A stretch of 64,000 bases of DNA from Phoronis australis (GCA_002633005.1 NMRA01000234.1:431535-495534), one strand, 5' to 3'; counted from the stretch's first letter, positions 49,291 to 62,645 are shown. Program-made: numbers and translations. The notes: generated by a model not told the origin, from the sequence alone.

Positions 49291-52200
49291 ATGACCATGC
49301 AGCAGTCTGGGATGAAGAAGGATGGACTGGCTTTCGTTAGAAAGGAACTTGAGGTAACTAGGTGGCAAAATTCAGTTCTATTCAATCAGTCGAAGAGTCA
49401 TGAGACTGTATATAGCTGCATTCGTGTAAGCGGGGTATTGTTTTTCTTTCGTTGGTATTTTTAGTTGCTAGGGTAACATAGAAATTGCGGAACTGACAAG
49501 AGTTGCACGAACGCTTGCAGACTGCAGAAATTTTGGCGGAATGGAATTGCGCCTTTTTTTGTGCAAGAAAGCTTTTCTCGAGTGAATAGGCCTCATATTG
49601 TCTTCAGAGTCATAGCATGTCAAGTATGTGTTAAATATAACTCAATGAGTACATATATGCATGTTTTATTCGATGTTATTTGGCGTACTTCTCATGGGGA
49701 TGTACACAGCGATGTAAATGTGCCAGGCTATGTGGCTGTTGTAGACCAAACTGATTTGGTGCACCTCAATTTGGAGCGGGTTGGTGAGACAAACTGATGC
49801 CTGTGCCAAACTGAACCGCAATTTCCCAAGTTACTGCCAGTGGTTAATAGGGTTATCGGAACTGAAATTGACAACAATGAGTGCGAGATATAATGGTGAG
49901 TAATTAGTTTCTCAGGGCGCTTCCCCCACGTGATTAATCTATACAGCCTGCATACATGTACGTGAGCATTCATTGTCATCAATTTCAGGTCTGATCAACA
50001 TTAAAAAATTCATAACCCACTGGCAGTAATTTGGGAGCTTACAGTCAAGCGGCCTAAATATCGGACATTTTGGCACATTTTGCAATATATTTAATTGCAA
50101 ATACTACAAGTTGTTGTAAATGATACAGTGGCGGATTGTCAGTTCATTGAGATGATTTCATTGTGGATTTTGTTTTCAACTTTTATTACTGATTTATGCA
50201 ATCGTCCATTTTACGTCGACTTGGGGGTCTAAACTGCACCCTCTCAGGTTAAATCAAAACGAGGCAATGGTATAAGAAAGGAGACAATGTTGGGCATTGA
50301 ATGCATTAACAGCGGAAAAAAAATAGATGTCACTTATTTTTCAGATTGTGCTTCAGGTAAGATGTTATAAAAAATGCAATATTTAGGTCCGTCCGAGATT
50401 CAGGTACACTATGTGTACAGTAGCTTCAGTTTGGCGCAGGCATCAGTTTGAAACACCAACCAGCGCCAAATTGAAGTGAGTCATATCAGTTTGGCGCATG
50501 CAGTTTGAGCTGCAACATGGCCAGTTTTTGTTTCATGCGATTGTGATTGGCACTGCCACTGGTCGGACAACGCAGTCCCCGATTTTCAGAGCCATTTTCA
50601 TCCACTGTATAACGGGTCCATTATTCAGTGATTGTCTGGTTCTCAAAATCGGGGTCCATCCGACCAGTGCCATTGGCATTGTGATTTGGGCATTTGTACA
50701 TTGTATCGTCCGGTTACCTATTTTCGTCAGGCTCCAAAGTTCGTCCGCCATCTTGTTTCGCGTGCAGCGCAACCATGCGGGACTTAGCGTTCCAATTTGG
50801 AGTTCTCGTCTGCACGTTAGGTACTAACTTATCGGAAGAGACACGTATCAAAGTAATGAGACAAAAATCGGTGAGTTTACCGATTGTTTTTTAAAACCAC
50901 TTAAAAATCAGTAGATTTTACTAATANNNNNNNNNNNNNNNNNNNNNNNNNNNNNNNNNNNNNNNNNNNNNNNNNNNNNNNNNNNNNNNNNNNNNNNNNN
51001 NNNNNNNNNNNNNNNNNNNNNNNNNNNNNNNNNNNNNNNNNNNNNNNNNNNNNNNNNNNNNNNNNNNNNNNNNNNNNNNNNNNNNNNNNNNNNNNNNNNN
51101 NNNNNNNNNNNNNNNNNNNNNNNNNNNNNNNNNNNNNNNNNNNNNNNNNNNNNNNNNNNNNNNNNNNNNNNNNNNNNNNNNNNNNNNNNNNNNNNNNNNN
51201 NNNNNNNNNNNNNNNNNNNNNNNNNNNNNNNNNNNNNNNNNNNNNNNNNNNNNNNNNNNNNNNNNNNNNNNNNNNNNNTATCTTTGAATTCCTCATACAT
51301 CTGACTATCCGTACATATCCATTTCATGACCCTCAATCACTTCGATTTATAACTACGTTATTCCGAACTCGGTCCACTTTAGCCACGCGCATTGTGAAAT
51401 CGGCAGCCATTTCAGGGAACTTACTATACCTAGTGTTGTATTACAGCAGGTTCACTAGCTAGGCCTCTAGAAGTACTCACCAGTTAAAACACAGCTATTC
51501 AAGCTTCAGTAAAACCCAATCCAGGTGCCCATCCCTGACATCCTGATTGCTTGCTGAAAGACTGCTAGCAGGGTTCCCGCCAGCAGTTTAAATAAAACAA
51601 GCATCCAGGGAACCATAAAACTGACAAATCACAAGACACCACAGAAAGATAAAGGACGAATGATGTTGACGATTACAACACTAGCGCCATCTATCAGCAA
51701 TCTGCTACAACACGTGCTGTTCCTTTTTCATCAGTTAAAGTCATTGGTTGATTTCGTCAAGTATTAATGTCATCGTTATTAATCATCGTTATGTCTGCTC
51801 CAGGTCTGCTCTCCTCATCACCTTCGTCGTCTCTCTCGCCATCTTATCTGTCATCATGATGTGTTGTTATTGTCGTCCATGAGACGCATACCGACATCTA
51901 TAGTTTGTCAAATGGGTGAACCTTACGGATGTAAGATAATTCTTGTTAATGGCGTAAAGTAATTATTTTCGGCGCAGTGCTGTTAGTAGTGGGGCGTAGG
52001 CGCACGTAAGCGCAGCCAACCACCTTTTTGTTTTTTAACGTAGCGCCTACCCACCGTAAGTTACAGTATATTACAGTCAACCACCTTTTTACATTTTATT
52101 GTCCCAACCACGTTTTTACATTTTAACGTACCGTCTGCGCGTCGTAAGGGACGGGTAGTAGAGTGGGGCGTAGTCTCGATACGATAGCTTACAGCATCAA

Positions 52201-55200
52201 TGCGATACACTGACAACATCATTGTTGCCAAACATTTGGGTGTGCGTTGGACCACCAGGCATGCATGGATGCTCACATGGAATTTTTATTAATTTTTCAA
52301 GATATAGAAACAGTCATGGTGTCCCATTATAGGTGGATAAAGGGGGGGGGTGGCGAAAGGCCTCGCCGACACACCCGACGGGCGACCAAAAATCACAACC
52401 AGCTTATCATTTCTGGACGTTAAGCTCATATTTTCTTTTATTGTGGTTGATCCCTTCAGAGACCGCTTGGATTGCACATGGACTTTTCTCTTCAAATATG
52501 TTTGGTTGGCCTCTCTCCAACATCCAAGATCTGTGAGTCAAAAAGTAGGCCTACATGTTTGTGAGTCAGGTTTTGCGAGTTCAGTGTATTTTTAAAATTC
52601 ACCGCCCATACGATGGGCTGTCGGCGCCTACTTACCTCTAATTTTACCAGTGCAGCACTGGCATGAAGTAATTTGCCGTGTATACCAAATTTTTAAGGCG
52701 TTAAGTAATTATTTGCGGCGTAAAGTATTGTCTCTAAATACTTACTTAACGTCGCTAACAAGAATTAACTTTCACACGTAATTTAACGGCGAAACGTTCA
52801 CTCATTTGGCGAACGAGAGACATTGGCGAAAAAATTCTTCTCCATGTGTCGAAAGTCTTTGCACTTATTCTGCGTTTGCCTCCCTGCCCTGTTCATAACC
52901 CAAACCCCAGTTGCCATTAAACATCTGGGTACGCCACTGACAATGATCGTTATGGATTCTAGGTCTGAATCATCTCCGCAGGCACATCACATGCGCCCAA
53001 TTTGTACTTATCATAGACTAGTGGGATGGGTCTGTTCAGTGTATATGGGCGTCCTAAAAAGGCAAAATGTTCTTTTCATGGCCAAAGTACAGAGACTGTA
53101 ACACAAAAGATACTGATAAATTGTACACATTTGTTACAATTTGCCATTGCCACACTTAAGTTGGTTGTAAATACGTGAAATATTAAACTCAAAAATAAAA
53201 CCGATGTTACTGGATCACGTGCGCACCCAGCCTCCAATATGGGAGGGCTCGAGTTCTTGGCGATGTGAACCTTTTACGAACAAAATAGTCGGTCGACTAA
53301 AAAAAAAAGAAAAACGTACCATGATGAGACCTGTGCGTGCTGTGAATCGTGCGTTTGCATCTTTTAGTAGACTTTTATCTCGTTTTCTCGCACCTTTTTG
53401 ACCACTTCGCCCAATGGGGGGGTTTCGCTCGAGCCCCCCAAGCACTCCCTGGGTGCGCGCAAGTCGATGTAAAATGCATGTATTCTAAACTGATCAAAAG
53501 GGCCAACAGACCACACAAGCACATGCCAACTGCAGACCTCTGTCGTTACACAACTACCGATCATTGGATACACTACACTTGTCACGTGCTTTCACAAAAA
53601 TCGTAATGTCGTTTAACGATATCTTTGCGTGGACACAGGATTATCCTTCAACTATCGCACTTCTCAGGAACCATCAGGTTATTCGTCGCCAGCCTCCCAA
53701 CTGAAACCAGTGCTTTCGTACCATGTCGGAGATTAAATGGACTGGGGAAACCATCTGGAGGTGCCCAAGCCACAAGTCCATGAAGGTGTCAGTTCGAGAT
53801 GGCCCTTACTGGTTCGGTTCCCGCTTAAACCTGTACCAGTTGGTTCGTTTGTGCTGAACATGGTCGTATTTGCTCCCAGTCCACTTCACCGGGGAGATGC
53901 TTGACTTAGACAGAACGACGGTCATGCAGTAGAATAGTTATTTCCGTGACATGTGTTGTAACCACCTGGTAGCGAATCCAAGACAGGTTGGCGGTCCTGG
54001 TATCGTACAGATCGACGAGTCTTTGATGGCGCGAAGAAAAAATAACGTCGGCCTCCCTGTGTTTGGGGGCTATTGCCCAGCCCAGGCTTTCGGATTTTTA
54101 GAATTTGTTCCAGATCGTTCCATTCAGACACTGCTGCCCATCATCCAGCATTGTATAGCACCAGGGTCTATCGTGCACTCAGACATGTGGGCGGCATACA
54201 ATGGCATAGTGAACCTTCCTGTGAACCCTCCATATCGACACCAGACCGTCAATCACAATCAGAACTTCGTTGATCCGATCACAGGTGCCCACACCAATCA
54301 CGTGGAATGCTTTTGGAAGAACGCAAAGCGCAGGTTCAAGTCCATGTGTAGGGCAAACGACGACAAGCTAGAAGAATATTTGGACGAATTTATGTGGCGG
54401 CAGCACTATGGAAGAACAGCCAAAGACGACTTCAGCAACGTGCTGTTGCACTTATCTCAGTGGCCGCAGTATCAGACGCCTTGAGCGGTACTGATTGATA
54501 CCCCCAATTGGACTGTTTCACTTACCAAACTAAATAGAAATTCAAATACAAATCATCAACCAAAAACTGATCATGGCGGTAACTTGGACCAACCTAGAAA
54601 ATGACAGTGATGACACCAGTAAAGCGAAGGACGGGTGCTAGGCCATATGATGATTTTTGAGATCCTACGTGATATAGGCCTAGTAAATTAACTTGCCTTA
54701 CTATTTAAGTTCACCCATTTGACAAACTAAAGATGTCGATACGCGTCTCATGGACGACGATAACAACACATGACGATGACAGATAAGATGGCGAGAGAGA
54801 CAAGGAAGGTGATGACGAGAGCGGACATAACGATGATTAATAACGATGACGTTAATAATTGACGAAAGCGACCAATGACGTTGACTGATGAAAAAGGAAC
54901 AGTGCGTGTTGTTGCAGATCGCCGATAGATGGCGCTAGGTATAGTAAGTTCCCTGTAATGGCTGCCGATTTCACAATGCGCGTGGCTAAAGTGAACCGAG
55001 TTCGGAATAGCGTAGTTATAGACTAGAGTAATTGAGGGTCATGAAAAGGATTTGTACGGATAGCCAGATGTCTGAGGAATTCAAAGATACCAAAATAATT
55101 CATTTAGACCCACATTTAGTGGATTTATTTGGAATAAGTTAGGGTCCATTATATCCGACTAGTGCGGTTGGGTACAACATGCTGCCGTTAAAAAATATCC

Positions 55201-58200
55201 CAAAGCAGTTAATACCATTTCTAACAGCAGTTTTCCCCAATCGGCATGCTTGATAGCCTATTGGCATCTGTTTGGCACACTCGCTACTACCCGTGTGCCA
55301 TTTTAAATAAACTTGGGTTATTGTTTACTATCCGACTCTATTAACGTACATAATTAATACTATTATTATCTGAATCCTCTAGTCATGGTGATTCCAAAAA
55401 TGTATTACTTGTACTGATTGATCTCTTCTTATTCATAATTTCCGAGTTTTACTTGACCCGGATTATCCAGTCAGTGAACAAGGCCCTTAGAGAGAGGGCA
55501 GAAATATCTGACTCACCAGATTTTTATGGTTTTTAGTTAGTGATTTAGCCATTTAACTTCCTCAATTTTGCACCTGGAGCGGGAAGCTCAAGTGAGATTT
55601 GACACATTTTCAAGAATATGTTCAAATTATGTTGACTAAATTATCTCCAGAGTCATGGTATGTGTTAATTATAACTTACCGCGTGTATGTAGATGCTTTA
55701 TTTAATCTTATTCACTGTTCCAGTATTTTGAAATGAGTAACTTTTGATGCCGGGCTCATTGATTCCTCGATGTTTGAGCTGAATATCGATGTCATTCTCC
55801 TCTCAAAAAATTAAAATATCACACGAAATTCCATTCATCAGGTTAAAAAATCCCCCTGAAAATGTAGGAAGGTTTCCATTCCTTACAAACGTTGCTTAAC
55901 TCACTTTAAGCCAAGGTGTTAGTAATGCTGGTAGATTTAGTACTAGTAGTTATTTTTAAGTTATTTTTAAATTATTTTTAAGTTATTTTTAAGTTATTTT
56001 TAAGTTATTTTTAAGTTATTTTTAAGTTATTTTTAAGTTATTTTTCCTGATGGATGTTGCCATTATTTTGTGCTTGTGTGAAAATGATGAATGTAAAAAT
56101 GGCTTGCTTCTTAGTATTTATCTTAAAGTTGATACCGTACTTGCTTATTTGTGAAGGCATAAAAGATTTATACACCATTGCCATAAAAAGCAATGCACTA
56201 AATAAACATAAAAATTCCTGTTTTAATAAAAAAATGCAACATAAAAATTGCTGTTTTAATAAAAAAGCCACAAAAGATGCCTTCTAAATAAAAACTGTGA
56301 AAATTCCCCTTTTGGAAGGTAGAGGTACCTTTCCCTTCAGGTGAGTTGGGGCCCTGTTAGCAGTTCCAAATTCAAAAATAACGATCATTCACCTCAATGA
56401 TTCACACTATGGGGACCCGGAAAAGACGTGTTAGCAATTTTTTTGGTGTTAACAAACATGAACAACTCTAAAATTGCCCATGTTCTAAGTTTCAGAATGA
56501 AGAAAATTCAATGTTAGATTGAATATCAGTGTCCTGAATTTAAAGACTTCCAAACAAGGACGTTTTTACCGATGATTTATTTTTCTTAAACCATTTGAAG
56601 GGAGGACAAAAAAGCTTCAGTATTGTCAGAAATTTTCTACTTAACAAATAAGCATACGTGAATTCATTTGTTTATTTTCTTGGAAATGCAGGACTAGACA
56701 GAAGGTTCATTCCTCTTTTGAGTAATCTCTATCTGCTGAGGCCATTCTTGCCCTGTTTCTAGGGGTTGCTTTTACAGGACTTGTGACACTGATGGGGTTG
56801 GCTGTAAAGATTTGGTAGTTGAAGCTGCACATGACTGAGACCCCACACCAATAGTAAGGATAATTTTTGAAGCGCGTCCTGAATCTTTGGCGCAAAAATT
56901 ATTTCATTTATGCACTGTGGTTGCTGAAACTAGCCACAGCTCCGTCAAGCTGCAGCTCTGTTAAGCTGCAGCTATTACAAGCTGCAGCTCTGTCAAGCCG
57001 CAGTTCTGTCAAGCTACAGCTATGACAAGCTGCAGCTATGTCAAGCCACAGCTATGACAAGCTGCAGCTATGTCAAGCAGCAGAAATGTCTAGCCGTCTG
57101 TACGGTGCAAACCGTGTCCGTGTATTGTACCCAAAGTGTTCTACTCTACCATTCCCATTTTATAAGTATTAACTCGCCGAATGATACCTGGCAAAATTTC
57201 GATGTCGCCAAACGATAATTGAAGTACAACCAAACCTTGTTGGCATGAGCTGAAATTGGAATAAAAAGAGATCCCTGAAATGAAAAGCTAGTGAACTCAC
57301 CAAATGTCCACCAAGCCTATCTCTTGGGGCATATGAAAATAATGGGGGCCCTTCTTAGGATTTTGTTTATTTTCATGTCAGTGGTATTTTGAGTGCATGC
57401 AATTCTTTTTCTGTAAGCTCTAGGAAGGACTTGAAAGTGGCTTTTTTCATAATTACTTCCGATTGAAAGTTAACCCCACTGTGGTCAATACAACAGAGTT
57501 GATAAGAACTGTTCTCGTTTTAAATGTCCTTTATCCTCACCATCATGTATGACTCTTGCTCTAGGGTTTCTCGTTGGTATTCCTATATGACTCTTACTCT
57601 AGGGTTTCTCGTTGGTATTCCTATATGACTCTTACTCTAGGGTTTCTCGTTGGTATTCCTATATGACTCTTGCTCTAGGGTTTCTCGTTGGTATTCCTAT
57701 GTTGGAACTTATGAACCAGTAAGGTCACATGGACAAAAGATTGTGCGTTATCATTGTTATCATTGTTGCGTTTACAGTCATTTATCAGACAGTTCTCACT
57801 TTTTTATTTGCTTGGATAAGATATCTGTAGTGAAATGGGTATTTCCCACAATTCAGCATTTCTAAAATTAGCTATGACCCAGTTAGCATTTACAACTCTT
57901 GGTGTGTACAGGGAATGCTGTGTCATTCATAAATTTCAAGCATGACAGCAAGGAAGGTTTTCCTAATGGCAAAGGTTCAACCAGGTTTGGTAATTTTGGT
58001 GAACTTACAATCCATTAACTGAAAAAGTGTTTGTTTTGGATAAAGTTTGTTTTATGGATTTTAATGTTTGATTAGTCAGCAATTTTTTACCTTGCCTGAT
58101 GTTTGATTGAAATAGTTACGCTCCATTGATTTACAAAGCATGCATTGGTATGGACACATAAAATAGTTTGGATAAAAATTATCAGAAAATTGTATTTTCT

Positions 58201-61029
58201 TTTACTCTGCTTTTTATGTGGCTTTCCTCAACACGTCTGATACTACAGTAAAATTGCATAAGTTGGATACAACCGGACCTGAGGATTTGTCCGCGTTATG
58301 CAAAATAACCCGTATCTGGAGTAACGAGTGCGTGATACTCGTGACCTAGTTAATGGAGTGTTCACTGGTCATATCCTGATCATTTTCAGCTCGCGAAGTG
58401 GTCAAAAGTACTTGTGATGAAATATGTCTGCTTACTTTATTTTTTGCCATTGTATTTGCAACAATTTTTAAAACAATGCTAACATCGCATTTGAATGAGT
58501 TCTTGTGTGCAATCAGCCATGTCGGGTGCTTTTTTGAAAAATATTAGTATTTTGCTAAAGGTTGGAGCTTGTCCCAAATTCTAGAAATAAGCAATAGTGG
58601 CCATCCCAAATTCAAGAATCACCAGAAAGACGGCAAAATTACCCACTCTGTAGATTGAAAACATTGCCCAAAATTTGAGAAATGAGACGAACGCCAAACT
58701 GCCCTTGTCCCAAATTCCCAGAATCAAAAAAAGCAGTTTTTGGGGGAGTTTCTTTGTCCATTCTGTGTCCCAAATTCTAGAGACTGTCCCATATAGGAGA
58801 ATTGTTACCATAATGTCACCGACTCATAATAGGGCCGTCCTAGATTACACGGTGATAGAACTCTCCTTTGTCCCAGAGATAAGAAAGTGAGTGACGTAGT
58901 TTTGGAAAGCAGGCACACTTTCGTGTTTCACATTGATGTCGAGAAGGGGAGATTTTCATATCACACATCCACTGGTATTTGTTCAGTTAATCAAACTTTT
59001 TCACTTCGGAGTTGCAGCCAACAGCATAGCAGTAATACTTTGTTGGCATTGGAAGGACAAATAGGTTAATGCAACCGAGAAAAAACTTGTAAAATCAAAT
59101 AACATGTGAATGTGCAATGGCACTAAAACAAGGCAGAAAATGGGCCTGACTGATGTTTATGGCGTTGGGGGAAAATGTAGCGAGATTCGAGTGTCACTTT
59201 GTAACCTGGGATAGCCCTATTAAGTGTAGTGGTAAAACAAGGGTGATTATGTTGAATGATATACACTGTAATGCACATTGTCTCTGATTTGTAACTCGGA
59301 CTTACTTATTAATGAGTCAAAGAATGCATGGAAAACTATGAAGCGGATTTTTAGCATTGCTTTTTTGTGTTTGGTTCTTGAAACATTGATGTATTTAGTA
59401 GACCCACTGACGCTGCTGTACATTTAGTCCGTATTGAGTGAGTAGAGTACGGTAGTTTTGGTCTCACTGATGCCCTAATTTCATGATTTAAATCGTAATT
59501 ATAATATTCACTAGGTGATGATAATGTCCTTGTTTGACATGTAAGATACTAATAGATTGGGAGCAGAAAGTCAAAAGTCGATCACCAGCATGGGTCAATC
59601 ATGTGATAGGGGAGCCACAAGGTTTGCCTGAATGCAGACATTTCTATGGAAGGTCCCATGCTTCACTTGCAACACCTAGTGAATTTTGAGTGTTATTACT
59701 TGGAAGCAAGATACATCCTTTTTTCTAATATCTCTTTTTGTCTCTCCCCCCCTCTCTCTGTCTCTCTCTTTCCCTCTCTCCCTCTGCACTGCACTGCACT
59801 TCTGTACAGACGAAGCAATTCAGTTACCTCGTCAAGTTAGAATAGGATATTGATAATTTATGTTGTTGTTACAGTCATAAAGATGGCCAGTGTCGGTGAT
59901 GGAGAGGTTGATGAGAACGTGCTGCCCTCTGCTGCCACGTACCGAGCCAATGATGAGACAGAAGAACCAGGTTTGATAGAAGCGATGATTAGTTAAAAAC
60001 CTGTTGTTACAGTAACACTGAAATTGGTCCTTAAGTAGTCAAATTAGAGGTGATTTCTAGGCTTGCACAAATAACAGTTGATTATTTCTTGTCTGGCTCT
60101 ACATGTTACCAACTGTACATGTCATGGAATGAGTGATGGGATGAGCATGGTCTGTAACAATATTCAACTGTCAGTTGTTTTCAAGCCCAGAAACTCCTTA
60201 GGGGCAAATTCATAGCATTTTTATTGCTGTTATAAGTTTGTTTCTCTTGTTCTTGGTAGTTTTTATCAAATGACGTGAAGAAAACAATTTCCTATTCCAT
60301 AATGATTCCAAACCAACTGGAACAGGTGGGTGCACCGCATTGTTGACATTTTGAAGCTAGAGACTGATATCAGCTCTCATGCCAAAAATAATCAGGCAAA
60401 ATGACTCAGAATTGAGTGCAAGTGGAACTCCCTCTATTGTTGAAAATCAACCTATTGAAAAGGTGATAATTTTGACGCAAAACAGGCAGGTTTAGTTTTA
60501 GGCTTGTATTGAGCCTAGGGCCAATTTTTTATTTCTATCTGAACCATGGGGATAGAGAGGATAGTAACCTTCCATTGTCCTTAGTATTTCAAGGCAGACA
60601 TCATCTGTCTGGTATTACTGTTATGGGTCAGATATTTAAGGCTATGAGAGATGTCCATTACATATAGGCAGCGAAGACTGTTAGAATTTAATAGAGGTTG
60701 GCTGTAAGTCTGTTTTGTATTCATCAGTCTTCAGGGCTGCCATTTTTCCTCCGTCGTGGGCTGTACGAGCGTTCTTGAAAGAAATGAATTGTGGTTGAAA
60801 AGAACTACAGGTCGTGAGAAAAGAATCACGCATTAATGAAAAAGGAAAGTGATGGAGGAAGATTGGCAGGCCTGATCGTGTTCTCAGTGTTTACTTGTGT
60901 TACTTGTATGTCCTTTAGGTTTTGAGCTTTACACTCCCAGAGGTAACCCTGACAACTTTGTTCTGAGTGACACAGACTCCATTCCATTTGAACCGGAACC
61001 TACTGGTGTTGTGCTCAATGGAAGTCAAG
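49291..61029 (+). CDS. 5' exons of an unidentified protein-coding gene that continues beyond the recognisable exons
   Basis: Clean exons 59875-59970 (ATG at 59883: MASVGDGEVDENVLPSAATYRANDETEEP) and 60919-61029 (GFELYTPRGNPDNFVLSDTDSIPFEPEPTGVVLNGSQ) join in phase 1. Candidate upstream exons are one ending at 49353 (MTMQQSGMKKDGLAFVRKELE|GTAAC) and a 12-nt exon 50345-50356; these may be 5' UTR or a uORF. No family recognised. Confidence 0.55.
51434..51680. mobile_element. Solo LTR (247 bp) with 4-bp TSD CTAG
   Basis: CTAG|TGTTGTA ... TACAACA|CTAG, with internal AATAAA near 51591. It is absent from the mirror arm of the Merlin element, which has a single CTAG. Confidence 0.85.
51975..52660. 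mobile_element. Probable non-autonomous DNA element nested in Merlin
   Basis: Termini CAGTGCTG...CAGCACTG and subterminal GTAGGCGC / GCGCCTAC motifs. No convincing TSD. Confidence 0.45.
53606..54484 (+). pseudogene. Merlin/ISXO2-like DDE transposase pseudogene
   Basis: One frame from ATG 53606 with three in-frame stops, then VGGPGIVQIDES...RK...VFGG...VPDRS..TLLPII...IAPGSIVHSDMWAAY...HQTVNH..NFVDPITGAHTNHVECFW...YLDEFMWR. Confidence 0.92.
55949..56045. repeat. 11-bp tandem repeat, about nine copies
   Basis: Unit AGTTATTTTTA. Confidence 0.95.
56930..57092. repeat. 16-bp tandem repeat
   Basis: Unit CAAGCTGCAGCTATGT, containing the palindrome AGCTGCAGCT. Confidence 0.9.
57548..57701. repeat. 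38-bp tandem repeat, four copies
   Basis: Unit TATGACTCTT(A/G)CTCTAGGGTTTCTCGTTGGTATTCCTA. Confidence 0.95.
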
Positions 61030-61127
61030 GTAAATATAGTTTTAAAAGTCAACTGTGTTTGGTTGCTTTTAAATCAATTGTTGATTTTTTGTGCATCTGT
61101 ATAATTCTGTGGGCGCTTATTGCCAAC

Positions 61128-61415
61128 ATCTCTGTGCAGGTGGCACCGGTGTTCTGTGTATTGTATATGCTTCTCTATCTGTGCAGGTGGTACCGGTGTT
61201 CTGTGTATTGTATATGCTTCTCTATCTGTGCAGGTGGTACCGGTGTTCTGTGTATTGTATGTGCTTCTCTATCTTTGCAGGTGGTACCGGTGTTCTGTGT
61301 ATTGTATGTGCTTCTCTATCTTTGCAGGTAGTACCGGTGTTCTGTGTATTGTATATGCTTCTCTATCTGTGCAGGTGGTACCGGTGTTCTGTGTATTGTA
61401 TATGCTTCTCTATCT
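61128..61415. repeat. 47-bp tandem repeat, six copies
   Basis: Unit CTCTATCTGTGCAGGTGGTACCGGTGTTCTGTGTATTGTATATGCTT. Confidence 0.95.
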
Positions 61416-62417
61416 CCTAAACATCTGAATGGTTATTTAGAAAATTTGTCAGATATCTACAGGTTGATCTGATTACTAAATGTGTATTTTAGTTTATCTG
61501 CGTCTGCCTCCTGACAAATCTTCATGAACTTTGGCAGTGAGTTTCTATCATGAAGAAGACAGTACCCACCCACTTTTGTACAGATCCAACCTGTATTGCG
61601 CCTCCTATAATGTCAATTCTTAGTATTTTGATATCTGTTTTTGGTGTTCTCTCTACCTGCCCAACCACTTTTTAAACGCTCGTCGTGAAATAGATGTGTT
61701 TATATTGTGGATTACAAGACTGACATTGATTTTCGGACAGATCTGACCTCTGTTGTGCCCTCTTATGGAATTGGGGTTGCCAAAACTGACATTGAAATCG
61801 TCAATCGAAAAGGAAAAATGTGCTGTATTCCGTTTTCAAAAAAATACACATAGCTCTTATTTCTCCCCACCGTTCAATGACTAACCTGCAAACGAAAAAC
61901 GCAGACAATCGGATATACTGCAGGGGCATGTTTCATGGTATGATCTTGCCCGATTTTGACGAATAACTTTGACTTCCGTCGTGTGTGTGTTTCATTTGTC
62001 CTGACTACTTATGGTGGCAAATGCACTGATTTCACGAAATAAACGAAACAATTGGGAACCAAAGCTATTGAATCTAGAAAAACGTATAGCAATTTAAAGT
62101 TTTGAAGTCACCACAAACATTGAAATGAATTTCGGTGGAATTACTGTTTGACTATGATACTCGCTGTTGCGATTTTGTGGTGACTTGGAATTTTTCCAGG
62201 TCGCCAAACACAATCTGGTGACTTGCAGGTTGTCAAATCGAGCACCGAACATAATAACCATTTTGTGGTTTCTGTCTCTCTATTTGCCAAACTACTTTGA
62301 GGATTGTCATGGAATCTAAGGGACATATTCATTTTCAGGATTTCATGGTTAATATCATTTTGAACCAATTTAACTACTGCTACGACTCCTAGTGGCTAGA
62401 GACCATATAGAATCGGG

Positions 62418-62645
62418 CAATGTTGATGTGCACCCACCATGTGCATTGCACAATGTTGATATGTGCCTTTTATGTGCATTGCACAGTGTTGATGTGCGCC
62501 TCTCATGTACATTGGACAATGTTGATTTGTACCCTTCATGTGCCCATCGTGTGTGTTCCACAATGTTGATATGCGCCCACCATGTGCATTCAACCGCGTC
62601 GATGTGCGCCTGTCTCGTCTGTTGCACAATGTTGACATGCACCCC
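62418..62645. repeat. Degenerate 33-bp tandem repeat, about seven copies
   Basis: Unit approximately CAATGTTGATGTGCACCCACCATGTGCATTGCA. Confidence 0.85.

Larger units (their letters stand above)
51279..55091 (+). mobile_element. Merlin (IS1595/ISXO2-like) DNA transposon with long inverted arms
   Basis: Arms 51279-51920 and about 54710-55091 are inverted homologues. The right end ...CAAAGATACC fits a GG-starting TIR; the left tip is lost in the N gap. It encloses an ISXO2-like transposase. Confidence 0.88.

Noticed and set aside
53700-53935. Selenocysteine or stop-codon recoding in the Merlin transposase (TGA at a Cys-like position)
   Set aside because: The other two stops are TGA and TAG at Trp-like positions, and there is also an apparent deletion before VFGG. 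Ordinary pseudogene decay explains them.
53951-54484. Bacterial IS1595 contamination or horizontal transfer
   Set aside because: The motif style, long arms with nested eukaryotic elements and position among spliced genes fit a resident eukaryotic Merlin element.
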